A DNA stretch of 18,423 nucleotides. It comes from Octopus sinensis. Lineage: Eukaryota. The notes under the pieces are model-generated. The model had not been told where the DNA came from. It made no database searches and was given only the letters and a program-made list of their open reading frames with translations. Positions 9,613-18,423 of this stretch are shown here, piece after piece; position 1 is the stretch's first letter; each line of letters begins with the position of its first letter. The position numbers and the translations under genes were made by a program. The stretch covers positions 1-18,423 of the forward strand of contig NW_021824556.1 in NCBI RefSeq assembly GCF_006345805.1, read 5' to 3'.

Positions 9613-9993
9613 GTAATAAAATCTCTTGCGGTTTTATAGCACTTTTAAAACGAATTCAGTGACATTACACTTTTAAAGACTTATTCAGTGATAGCTCCAT
9701 TGCTGTGTTTTAAAGTCTGTACGAGGTAAACGCTAACGCCATACCACACTTTTCACGCCTTATTCAGAGGAATGTGCGCCAGAAAAGGTAAACATCTCTG
9801 GTGTGGGTGTTAAAGTTGTTTACTGGTTACAGTTGGCTGGTTAAACAGCTTCGACAACAACTATAGTCATAGCAGCTGTGAAAACAATACAACGATTTAG
9901 ATCAATAAGCACAACAGCAATAACAACATTAATAAATTGTGTCACGCAGGTCTGTTTGCTCCCACATACAATAACTTACTGCTTATAAATATA

Positions 9994-10532
9994 TTGGGGT
10001 GTCCGGAAAGTTCGCGCCGATTTTTAAAGAAAAAGGTCAATAAATACTTGCCATTACATTTTTTAATCAACCAAATATGAACCATTTTGTTGCACAATGT
10101 ATCTCCATCTTTCCTTTCACTTGAAAATACCCTCTTCCCAGAATTGAGGTGGTTTCATGGCAAACAATTCATCCAAGGAATTGAAATTTTTACCATTAAG
10201 ACTATACTGCAGAGACCTGAAAATGGAAATCCGAAGGAGCAAAATCTGGTGAATACTGAGGGTGGGGTAACACATCCACCGCAGCTGCAGCAATTTTGTC
10301 TGGTTCCCAAGCATCAAGTGCCGAAATGAACTTTTTTTATCTTCCATTTTAAAGGGTTACAGAATTTAACATCAGGTTATTGGAACATAAACCTTCTTTC
10401 CACGAAAAGATAGCTAAACTGTGGCTCTAAATGGAAGTGTAGTCAAATCCTATTTTATGGACTCAACCATGTTCTAAAATAAGTTGAAAGGTAAGCTACT
10501 ATAAATCAGCACGAACTTTCCGGACAACCCAA
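9994..10532 (-). mobile_element. Internally deleted mariner transposon (539 bp)
   Basis: TIRs TTGGG(G/T)TGTCCGGAAAGTTCG(C/T)GC(C/T)GATTT; TA TSD at 9992-9993 and 10533-10534; transposase remnants inside. Confidence 0.93.
10063..10347 (-). pseudogene. Mariner transposase remnant (N-terminus fused to C-terminus)
   Basis: MEDKK..FRHLML joined to KLLQL / DVLPHPQYSPDFAPSDFH (YSPDLAPxD motif) / FRSLQYSLNGKNF..GIFK*KERWRYIVQQNGSYLVD*, with frameshifts and a stop. Confidence 0.9.
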
Positions 10533-10542
10533 TATATATGTG

Positions 10543-10796
10543 ATGTTGTTGTTTGTTCTTTCGTGCCATGCCTGGCTCATAAGACCCAGATTCCCGTTTT
10601 CATTGGCGTATAGGTTCCCCACCTGGACGGGACGCCGGTCCGTCGCAGGTGAGCTGTAAGATGCAGGAGGAAAGAGTGAGAGAAAGTTGTGGCGAAAGAG
10701 TCAGCAGAAGTTCGCCATTACCTTCTGCCGGAGCCGTGTGTGGCTTAGGTGTTTCGCTCATAAACACAGGCATCGCCCGGTCTGAGATTCGAACCG
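10543..10796 (-). mobile_element. SINE family C relative, tail type 2, 5'-truncated
   Basis: B-box GGTTCGAATC and shared body up to CAACTTTCTCTCACTCTT, then a different tail ending in (AAC)n. Confidence 0.8.
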
Positions 10797-11464
10797 ACCA
10801 CGCATTAACATTGCCAGAACCTCGGACCCTACACTGCGAAAATGTTTTGCTGTTTCTATCAAAGTTGCCCTCAGTAGCTGCCCATCCTCCTCTACTGAAA
10901 GTAGGTGGAATTATATCAGGGAAGCTTTGTATACAAACATCAATAGGTACTTTCAGCTTGAGTGAAAAGCAAAACCCAGATTGGTTCAGTGCTGGACTCT
11001 CAGAGCTGGAACCAGTTATCGAAGCAAAGCGCGCAGCTCTGATGCAATACAAGAGTGATTCTTCTACAAAGTCACTCGAAGAACTCAGAAATGCAAGAAA
11101 TAAAACCCAACTGACTGCCAGACGCTGTGCAAATAGGTATTGGCAGAAAATCTGTCAGACTATCCAGTCAGCTGCTGAAAGTGGCGACACCTGTGGGATG
11201 TATGCCGGTTTGAAGAGGGCCTCGGTTCATCCGCAACCAAGTCAGCCACTCTGAAATCAATTACTGGAGATCTCATCAAGGACCAAAGTAGGCAAATGGA
11301 TAGATGGGTGGAGTACTACTAGGATCTCTACTCACGGGAGACCACGGTAGCTGAGGCTGCAATCGAGGGTGTCAAGATCTTGCAGCCATGTGCGAACTTG
11401 ACAGTCTGCCGTCTATAGCAGAGCTCACCAAGACTAATCTCTCCCTAGCCAGTGGCAAATCCCT
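10795..11464 (+). pseudogene. RTE-clade LINE ORF fragment (between endonuclease and RT)
   Basis: RPRINIART..RWNYIREALY / QNPDWF..LEPVIEAKRAAL..ARRCANRYWQ..GMYAGLKRA / LKSITGDLIKDQSRQMDRWVEYY*DLYSRE..ELD..P..EL..LASGK, with frameshifts and a stop. Confidence 0.88.
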
Positions 11465-11714
11465 ATAAATGTTTCAAAGGTGGGTGGTGTGACACGCTGG
11501 ATAAGCTAGTCCCAGAAATTTTGTTTAATAACAAAATGACAAGATGTCACAGTTTAAACATCCTTGACTTCATAAGTCTTCCTGATCTAGATTTATAAAA
11601 CAACAACCGTAGTTGTTATCAGGACATATTGCTGATGTTTGTTATTCAACCATGACCAAGTGACCAAGTAAAATTATTGTCAAAAATTCTTCTCGTCACA
11701 CACAACCACACATG

Positions 11715-11754
11715 CGTGTCTGTGTGTGTGTGTATGCTTGCATGTATGTATGTG

Positions 11755-11811
<57 letters not shown>

Positions 11812-11813
11812 CA
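11715..11813. repeat. (TG)n/(CA)n microsatellite
   Basis: Directly visible. Confidence 0.9.
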
Positions 11814-11854
11814 CTTTAATATTTTTATCCACATACGCGCTGGCATTGCTATCT

Positions 11855-12135
11855 GTTAAGAGGTTTGCTTCCCAACCACATGGTTCCGGGTTCAGTCCCA
11901 CTGCATGGCACCTTGAGCACGTGTCTCCTACTATAGCCTTGGGCCAACCGAAGTCTTGTGAGTGAATTTGGTAGACGGAAACTGAAAGAAGCCTGTCGTA
12001 TGTATTGTGTTTGTCCCCCACCACCGCTTGTCAACATGGCTTAAAAAAGAAAGTCCTGGGTCAATTCGTTCGATTAAAAACACTCTCCAAAGTGGTGCTC
12101 CAGCATGGGGCTGTCGACTGATTTGGAGTACCTGA
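11855..12135 (+). mobile_element. Diverged, deleted SINE family B copy
   Basis: CCAACCACATGGTTCCGGGTTCAGTCCC..GGTAGACGGAAACTGAAAGAAGC..GGTGCTCCAGCATGG. Confidence 0.85.
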
Positions 12136-12214
12136 TTCATGGTTTTCTTACTCTATCTTTGGATTATGTCACCATTAAATACCTACGGAGTACGTCGTTT
12201 CTGCACCTTTGATT

Positions 12215-12272
12215 GTGTGTATGTGTGTATGTGTGTCTGTGTGTCTATATATATATATATATATTATAATAT

Positions 12273-12305
<33 letters not shown>

Positions 12306-12360
12306 AAACAATTTAATAAATAAAACATATGCATACATACATACATACATACATGTACAT
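12215..12360. repeat. (TG)n, (TA)n and (CATA)n microsatellites
   Basis: Directly visible. Confidence 0.9.
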
Positions 12361-12565
12361 ACTATATCTATGTGTATATACCATGCATATATGAGTACAG
12401 GACACCACAGATAAACGTAGAAAACAACGAAACGAAAACATAAATCAAACAAGGAAACGGACTTTTTTAAAACAACGAAAAAAACAGAGTAACAAGAACA
12501 AACACACAGGAACATTCCCCTTCTTCAGCTGCCCCTGTTTCGACACATGCGTGATACATACATAC

Positions 12566-12571
<6 letters not shown>

Positions 12572-12597
<26 letters not shown>

Positions 12598-13245
12598 TAT
12601 GTATATTGGCATCCTTTTTGTCCCGGAGACAATGGAGTTGCGCCAAAATTCTAGTCCGGTTTTTACATTTCATGTCCTTATACATTTCCTGCTGTGGCTG
12701 TGTAGTCCTATCCTGGACAAACGCTCACTCTGGCAGGTGCCGCAAATATAGCGAAGACTGTTCCTGGCTGGTTGTAATATCATAGTTTCTTGTTGATGTC
12801 TTTTCTTGTCTTTCCATTTCTCCTCTCTTTCTCTGTCACTCCTTTGTGTTCCCTCTTCTATTGTACGTCGCCAATCTCCACGGTTGCTGGCAACTGCTTC
12901 CAAGTTGCTAATATTGATGTCGGCATGCCTTCATGTCCCTTTTGCAAACATCCTTGTATCGTAAGAACTGCCTTCCCACAGACCTAGTGCCCCTAGCAAG
13001 CTCGCCGTAGAGCATGTCCTTGGGGATTCTGCCATCCTCCATACGACTAACATATCCAAGCCATCTCATACGTCTTTGTGTGAGGAGTGCAAACATGCTT
13101 GGTATTCCCGCTTGCTTGAGGACATCTTTGTCGGGGGCATGATTCTGCAATTTGATGCCAAAGATTTTCCAGAGGCAGCGCAGGTGAAAGATATTTAGGC
13201 GACGCTCTTGGCGTGGGTATGGCGTCCATGTCTCAATGCCATATA
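12572..13245 (-). mobile_element. 5'-truncated RTE-clade LINE 3' end with 3'UTR and (TACA)n tail
   Basis: YGIETWT..RLNIFHLRCL..RRMRWLGYVSRMEDGRIPKDMLYGEL..R..GR..LRYKDVCKRDMK, then C-terminal YICGTC..SRIGLHSHSRKC. Short 3'UTR CCATTGTCTCCGGGACAAAAAGGATGCCAA, then microsatellite tail. Confidence 0.92.
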
Positions 13246-13724
13246 TCTTGTTCTTGGACACTCGCAAAGCTTGAAGAAAGTATCAAAAATACTTGTTCGA
13301 ACGACAAGAAATATAGATTTCTAACATCGACGAGTGACTATACATAGTTTCTTGTTATAGGGAAAGGGATCAAGATTATTATAATAATCTTCACTGACTT
13401 CCAATCTCTCTGTGTTGACTGATGTTATTTCATCGACATCTGGGAAGATGGACTGCAATATTGATCTTGATGGAATTAGAAATGAGAACTATTTAGAGAA
13501 GTATTTATAATTGAGAAGCATTTCTTTTTTGTGATATTTTATCGAATCAGTCATTTTGGTACCTGAGAATTCTCTAAAAATAAATGTTTGGTTTTTAAAG
13601 AAATAAAAAGAAAAATTAGAGAAAGACATTGGCAATCATAATAAATCATTTTATTTCAATATTAACATAGGGACCAGGCCACATTTTTGTTGATGTGTGT
13701 ATGTAGGAATATACTCCATTATAT

Positions 13725-13882
13725 AGGCCCCAGAACACGCCTGGAATTCTAATTTTATCGACACCAGAAAAATGAAAGGCGACATTATTTTCGCGGGATT
13801 TGAGTGTAGCATGTAAAATGTCAAACCTAAATACTGCATGGTACTCTGTCCGACGCAGTACGAATTTTACCCGGTCACCCTT
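13725..13882 (-). mobile_element. Highly diverged SINE family A-like copy
   Basis: TTTTATCGACACCAGAAAAATGAAAGGC..GGATTTGA..AAATACTGC aligns by eye to the reverse complement of family A. Confidence 0.55.
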
Positions 13883-14094
13883 GTTATTGTAAGAAGAAAG
13901 CTACATATAATGTGGAAGAATATATGTTAGCTTTATAAAACTCATAGATAGATCGATCCATTCATCGATATTTTCCCCAGTTAAGTTCAAAAACCAATAC
14001 TACCCCCTCATTCTGCATCGTTTACATCGCCCTAAACTGACCCCCTTGGTGTTTTTAGCTTTTAAACATCTCTAGAGGGAGACTTTAGAGATGT

Positions 14095-14155
14095 ATTTGT
14101 TTCAGTCGTTTGACTCCAGGATTCTTTGTAAGCCTAGGACTTATTCTTTGTAAGC
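14095..14155 (-). mobile_element. SINE family B tail fragment
   Basis: TTGTTTCAGTCGTTTGACT and GGACTTATTCTTTGTAAGC. Confidence 0.6.
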
Positions 14156-14174
14156 TCCCGAGTTTTGTATTTGT

Positions 14175-14343
14175 TGACAAGGTTTGGTCTCAAGAGAGGT
14201 CGAATCCACCTGAAGGCAGTTGTAGCTTTCCCAATCCTTCACTTTATGTCCTGATCTGTTCCGTTCTCCTTATTTACAACGCTTTCTTAAGTGTGTGAAA
14301 TGAGTGACATCCTTCAATTTTCTTACCTGTGACTGTGAAGTTC
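14175..14343 (-). pseudogene. RTE-clade RT thumb-region fragment
   Basis: With frameshifts: GKKIE/DVTHFTHL/SVVNKENGTDQDIK*RIGKATTAF, matching the pattern E.V..F.YLGS....GG.D.DI..RIGKA..AF. Confidence 0.75.
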
Positions 14344-14351
14344 ACATCGGG

Positions 14352-14540
14352 TGAGATGGCCCGACAGGCCCAGGCAAGCTGGCAGCCAGCCTATCGAAAC
14401 TTAGATCAAGAAGAGGAATTAGGGTAGGTTGGTTGACACACTTTGGAAACCCGTTTCCAACATTACAAGGTGAGCACTCCGATGGAAGTGAGGCAGACCG
14501 AAAGCAATATGGAGAAGATCTAGAGAAGCTGAAGCACTTT
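14352..14540 (+). pseudogene. RTE-clade ORF C-terminal fragment
   Basis: RWPD..QPIET*IKKRN*GRLVDTLWKPVSNITR*ALRW..GRPKAIWRRS.EAE, matching W.WIGHTLRKP..NITRQAL.W..GRPK.TWRRS. Confidence 0.78.
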
Positions 14541-14749
14541 GGACAAAGCAATCCTTTGCCGAAGATCATCGAGATAAATCAATGAATTGCGAACGAGAAG
14601 GAGTTTTTGTATGCCAATTGCACAGATAATCTCAGATGAATGAAATTTTTCAACTTAAAAGATTATATATAAATTTCGAACATAGGTCACATTTTTGTCG
14701 TGTACGAGTATTTGCGTACGCGCGCATGAGTGTGCGTGCGTGTATATGT

Positions 14750-14979
14750 GCGGCGAGCTGGCAGACACGTTAGCGCGCCGGGCGAAATGCTTAGCGGTAT
14801 TTCGTCTGTCGTTACGTTCTGAGTTCAAATTCCGCCGAGGTCAACTTTGCCTTTCATCCCTTCGGGGTCGATAAATAAAGTACCAGTTTCGCACTGGGGG
14901 CGACATAATCGACTCAATCCCTTCGTCAGTCCTTGTCTGTCCCGTCTATGTTTAGCCCCTTGTGGGCAGTAAAGAAATA
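14750..14979 (+). mobile_element. SINE family A monomer in a (TG)n tract
   Basis: Full head through to GTAAAGAAATA; followed by (TG)n-rich repeats at 14980-15075. Confidence 0.92.
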
Positions 14980-15373
14980 TATATGTGTGTGTGTGTGTGT
15001 ATGTGATTGCGCGTGTGTGTGTGTATGTGATTGCGTGTGTGTGTGTTGTGTGTGTGTGTGTATGTGATTGCGTGTGGGGGCGAGGAGTATATTCGTGTAT
15101 GTCGAAACCAGTAGACGCCTGGTATTTAACTGTACCGATTCCATAGATATATCACATGCATCTCCCCTATATACCAAGGCTGTATACTAGAGGTGGACGG
15201 GGTGGTGGTGGTGGTGGTGTGTGGTGTTATTAAATGTGCGTGGGTGTCGGCGAATGTACAGAAGGAAAATGGGAAATTCCAATTCTTTCAAGTCTGTGTG
15301 AAAAAAAACAAGAAGAAACAAGAATTTCTAAAAATACGAATTCCTTCGTAAAACACCAAAATTCGGTCACACG

Positions 15374-15425
15374 GGTAGGTAGGTAGGTAGGTAGGTGGGT
15401 GGGTGGTTGTTTGGGTAGGTAGGAA
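15374..15425 (+). repeat. (GGTA)n/(GGGT)n microsatellite
   Basis: Directly visible. Confidence 0.85.
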
Positions 15426-15426
15426 G

Positions 15427-15632
15427 GAAAAGGTTCCTGTCTTCGGGTAAAAAGGCAATACGGGAGGATCAGTTAATTATGATTTTATTGAACATATTCC
15501 CCTTTCAGATCCTCACACTTATTGCAGCGGTCCTTCAGTTTCTGTCAGCCCTGTAAAAGAAATCGGAAGGTTGGGCCTCCAATCAGGTCTTTCGCGACAC
15601 CCTTAAAACCAGGAACTTTTGAGCATCCCTCG
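15427..15632 (-). mobile_element. Mariner-derived MITE (~205 bp) retaining the transposase C-terminus
   Basis: TIR CGAGGGATGCTCAAAAGTTCCTGG (minus strand from 15632), degenerate partner GAAAAGGTTCCTG at 15427. Minus translation LEAQPSDFF..KLKDRCNKCEDLKGEYVQ*. Confidence 0.8.
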
Positions 15633-15648
15633 TGTACATATATATATA

Positions 15649-15951
15649 TCACCGTGACCGACCAGGCTATCAGATGTTGCTACGTATCGCTGGTCACAAT
15701 GCGCTTCACATTGTTTTAGCCTTCAAATGACGCCACTCCGCTGGCTAAGCGAGCAGGTCAACAGAAGAAAGAGTGAGAGAAAGTTGTGGCGAAAGAGTAC
15801 AGCAGGGATCACCACCACCCCCTGCCGGAGCCTCGTGGAGCTTTAGGTGTTTTCGCTCAGTAAACATTCACAACGCCCGGTCTGGGAATCGAAACCGCGA
15901 TCCTACGACCACGAGTCCGCTGCCCTAACCACTGGGCCATTGCGCCTCCAC
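15649..15951 (-). mobile_element. SINE family C, tail type 3
   Basis: Head and body near-identical to 6810-6992 and 16429-16612; unrelated tail at 15649-15765 ending in (TA)n. Confidence 0.92.
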
Positions 15952-15956
15952 ACATA

Positions 15957-15994
<38 letters not shown>

Positions 15995-16148
15995 TGACGA
16001 GCTTCTTTCAGTTTCCATCGACCAAATCCGCTCACAAGGCTTTGGTCGGCCCGAGGCTTTAGTAGAAGATACTTGCCCAAGGTGCCATACAGAAGGACCG
16101 AACCTGGAACCATGTGGTTGCAATGCCAGCTTCTTACCCCACAGCCAT
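15995..16148 (-). mobile_element. SINE family B 5' half
   Basis: Head and CORE-like part up to the internal microsatellite, where the SINE C copy abuts. Confidence 0.85.
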
Positions 16149-16428
16149 ATATATAAACACACACACACAAACGCACACATACGTATATATGTGTGTGTGT
16201 GTGTAAGCACACACACATGAGTACTTATGCGCACGCGTGTGTGTGTTGCTTCATCGATGTTATTCTCTTTCTCTTTCAGATTACCTTTGTGCTGTTATTC
16301 CCAGAGAATGAAATGCTTCTGTAATATGAGGAAGAATGGTCAAGCAACAAATTCCTTTAACCTGTTGATTCCAAGAACCAATAATTCCCAGGTGTATGAC
16401 ACGACATTAGCGGCCTATCAAGAAGATT

Positions 16429-16816
16429 GTGGAGGCGCAATGGCCCAGTGGTTAGGGCAGCGGACTCGCGGTCGTAGGATCGCAGTTTCGATTCCCAGAC
16501 CGGGCGTTGTGAGTGTTTATTGAGCGAAAACACCTAAAAGCTCCACGACGCTCCGGCAGGGGATGGTGGTGATCCCTGCTGTACTCTTTCACCACAACTT
16601 TCTCTCACTCTTACTTCCTGTTTCTGTTGTACCTGTATTTCAAAGGGCCGGCCTTGTCACTCTCTGTGTCACGCTGAATATCCCCGAGAAGTACGTTAAG
16701 GGTACACATGTCTGTGGAGTGCTCAGCCACTTACACGTTAATTTCACGAGCAGGCTGTTCCGTTGATCGGATCAACCGGAACCCTCATCGTCGTAACCGA
16801 CGGAGTGCTTCCATCC
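16429..16816 (+). mobile_element. SINE family C, tail type 1, full length
   Basis: Perfect 12-bp TSD ATCAAGAAGATT at 16417-16428 and 16817-16828. Confidence 0.95.
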
Positions 16817-16852
16817 ATCAAGAAGATTCTATAATTCTCCGTGTCGCAGATT

Positions 16853-17069
16853 TTCTTTTGTATTCTAGGCACAAGGCCCGAAATTTCGTTGGGGGCTGGT
16901 CGTTTAGATCGATTCCAGTACGAAACTGGTACTTAATTTATCGACCCTGAAAGGATGAAATGTAAAGACGACCTTGGCGGAATTTGAACTCAGAACGTAA
17001 AGACAAACGAAATATCGCTAATATCGAAATTTCACACGGGGTGCTAAAGGTTCTTCCAGCTCACCTCCT
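16853..17069 (-). mobile_element. Older SINE family A relative with an alternative 3' tail
   Basis: Head and body align to family A; the tail (plus strand TAGGCACAAGGCCCGAAATTT) differs from the TGTCTGTCCTTG..AGCCCCTTG tail. Confidence 0.8.
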
Positions 17070-17122
17070 TTGGAGGACTTATATTCACATATAAAATATA
17101 AAGTGAAGAGAAAATTTGTGAA

Positions 17123-17456
17123 GACGGCGAGATGGCGGAAACGTTAGCACGCCGGGCGAAATGCTTAGCAGTGTTTCGTCTGCCGTTACGTTCTGAGTTC
17201 AAATTCCGCCGAAGTCGACTTTGCCTTTCATCCTTTAGAGATCGATAAACTAAGTACTAGTTACGCACTGGGGTCGATATAATCGACTTAATCCGTTTGT
17301 CTGTCCTTGTTTGTCCTCTCTGTGGGTAGTAAAGAAATAGGTATTTCGTCTGTCTTTACGTTCTGAGTTCAAATTCCGCCGAGGTCGACGTTTCCTTTCG
17401 TCCTTTCGAGGTCGATAAATTAGATCGACCACCAGTACGCAGCTGGTACTTAATTT
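17123..17456 (+). mobile_element. SINE family A dimer, second unit truncated with a short inverted piece
   Basis: Junction AAAGAAATAG|GTATTTC at 17340/17341; 17419-17456 is the reverse complement of the next body segment. Confidence 0.88.
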
Positions 17457-17689
17457 AAGTGCTGCATGTACTCCTCAAATTACACCACATACATTATATA
17501 TATATATATATATAGGTTTAAGCAATTGAGATTCAAGTGAGTTCTAATGAATTCACATGAATATGGTACTTAACTAGGATGCACCGGAAATCTATATGGT
17601 GTTAACCATACGACAAAGTGGGGTGATTACAAATAGGAAAAAAGCAACAAGAATGGATCAATATATCGGTACAATTTATTTTTCCTATA

Positions 17690-18423
17690 TCTATATATAT
17701 AAAACTGTAGTTGTGTGAGTGTCTGTCCCCTTCGATTTAGATTCCTAACTACTCCCACATTTTTTATTCCATTTTAATGCATATTTTTTCGTGTGTCGAT
17801 GGCGGCGGAGTTGGCGTCCACGCTCAAACACCTGCACCTGTGTTGCTTCTCCCCCTTCTTCCATTCCTCGTGAAGCTGTGGGGAAGGGAGTGTAAGGAAA
17901 TCAACGTCGTAATGCGTTGTCAAGGAGACCAGCGTTCTTTTAGAACAACGACTTCATGGCTTGAAGACACCAAAACAGAAATCGCTAAAAAAGCTGAAAC
18001 AGATCCACAAAAACGGCAATTACCGCCACACAGGGCAGGTTTCCTGTGCAAACCGAATGTTTTAGTTGTTGCACAAATCTTTATGTATAAAAGTCAAGTT
18101 GTGTGTCTGTCTCCTCCGATCTAGATTCCTAACTCCTCCCACATTTTGCGGTGCAGTGTAACCAAAACCAGGTATCTTATAGTCGTGATTCATATCGAGC
18201 CCTTCTGGGTATTAGCGCGCGTCTACGATGAGTCTACGATTAAAAAGAAAATTTACCATAATTTTTTATTCCATTTTAATGCATTTTTCGCTATTATATA
18301 AGGGAAGTAACTCTCTTAAAATGTCTACGATGAGTCAACGATTTAAAAAAAAAAATTACCATCATTTTTTATTCCATTTTAATGCATTTTTTGCTATAAC
18401 TCACTAAAAATGCTTTATAGTTA
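17690..18423 (+). mobile_element. Helitron-like element 5' region with two 5' termini, running off the window
   Basis: A|TCTATATATATAAAA at 17690 and A|TCTTTATGTATAAAA at 18078, each followed by GTTGTGTG..TAGATTCCTAACT.CTCCCACATTTT. Internal ~72-bp direct repeats. No CTRR 3' end seen. Confidence 0.6.

Noticed and set aside
10649-11254. 201-aa ORF as an intact gene
   Set aside because: It is a chimera of antisense SINE C, out-of-frame RTE sequence and then in-frame RTE sequence, with a frameshift and stop downstream.
12500-12548. Second hammerhead (minus strand CTGAAGA-A-GGGGAA..TTCCT with an upstream GAAAC)
   Set aside because: No GAAA after stem II and no consistent stem I/III or cleavage triplet. 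It may be a decayed Penelope-like end, but this cannot be supported.
10795-13245. The two large RTE fragments as one inverted element
   Set aside because: They converge tail-to-tail about 1.1 kb apart with no shared TSD; the geometry does not fit a 5' inversion.
15195-15425. Regulatory G-quadruplex or telomere-like repeats
   Set aside because: Mostly GG runs from (GGT)n and (GGTA)n microsatellites; not TTAGGG, and no promoter context.
15495-15510. Splice acceptor CCCCTTTCAG
   Set aside because: It lies within the antisense mariner transposase remnant.
296-18124. Most short ORFs in the track as host genes
   Set aside because: They translate microsatellites (YLSI, HT, CV, YI repeats) or recur at each SINE copy; only RTE and mariner remnants have recognisable protein motifs.

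Overview
Non-coding, repeat-saturated animal genomic DNA. The SINE families and dense (TA/CA/TCTA)n microsatellites suggest an octopus or other coleoid cephalopod; that is an inference from recalled family sequences, not a search. No intact host gene is supported, and nearly all listed ORFs are translations of SINEs or microsatellites. The window holds three tRNA-derived SINE families (my labels A, B, C), four decayed RTE-clade LINE remnants, two deleted mariner elements, a probable long-TIR MITE, a Helitron-like 5' end and microsatellites. Main oddities: (1) an 11-unit SINE-A concatemer inside a single 17-bp TSD, whose head-less 184-bp unit junction recurs at three independent dimer loci; (2) an antisense tRNA-Leu 5' half inside the TSD of a SINE dimer; (3) a minimal type-I hammerhead ribozyme motif with a variant core; (4) one SINE head/body carrying three different 3' tails; (5) an RTE remnant with twin-priming-type 5' inversion geometry. 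All alignments were done by eye.
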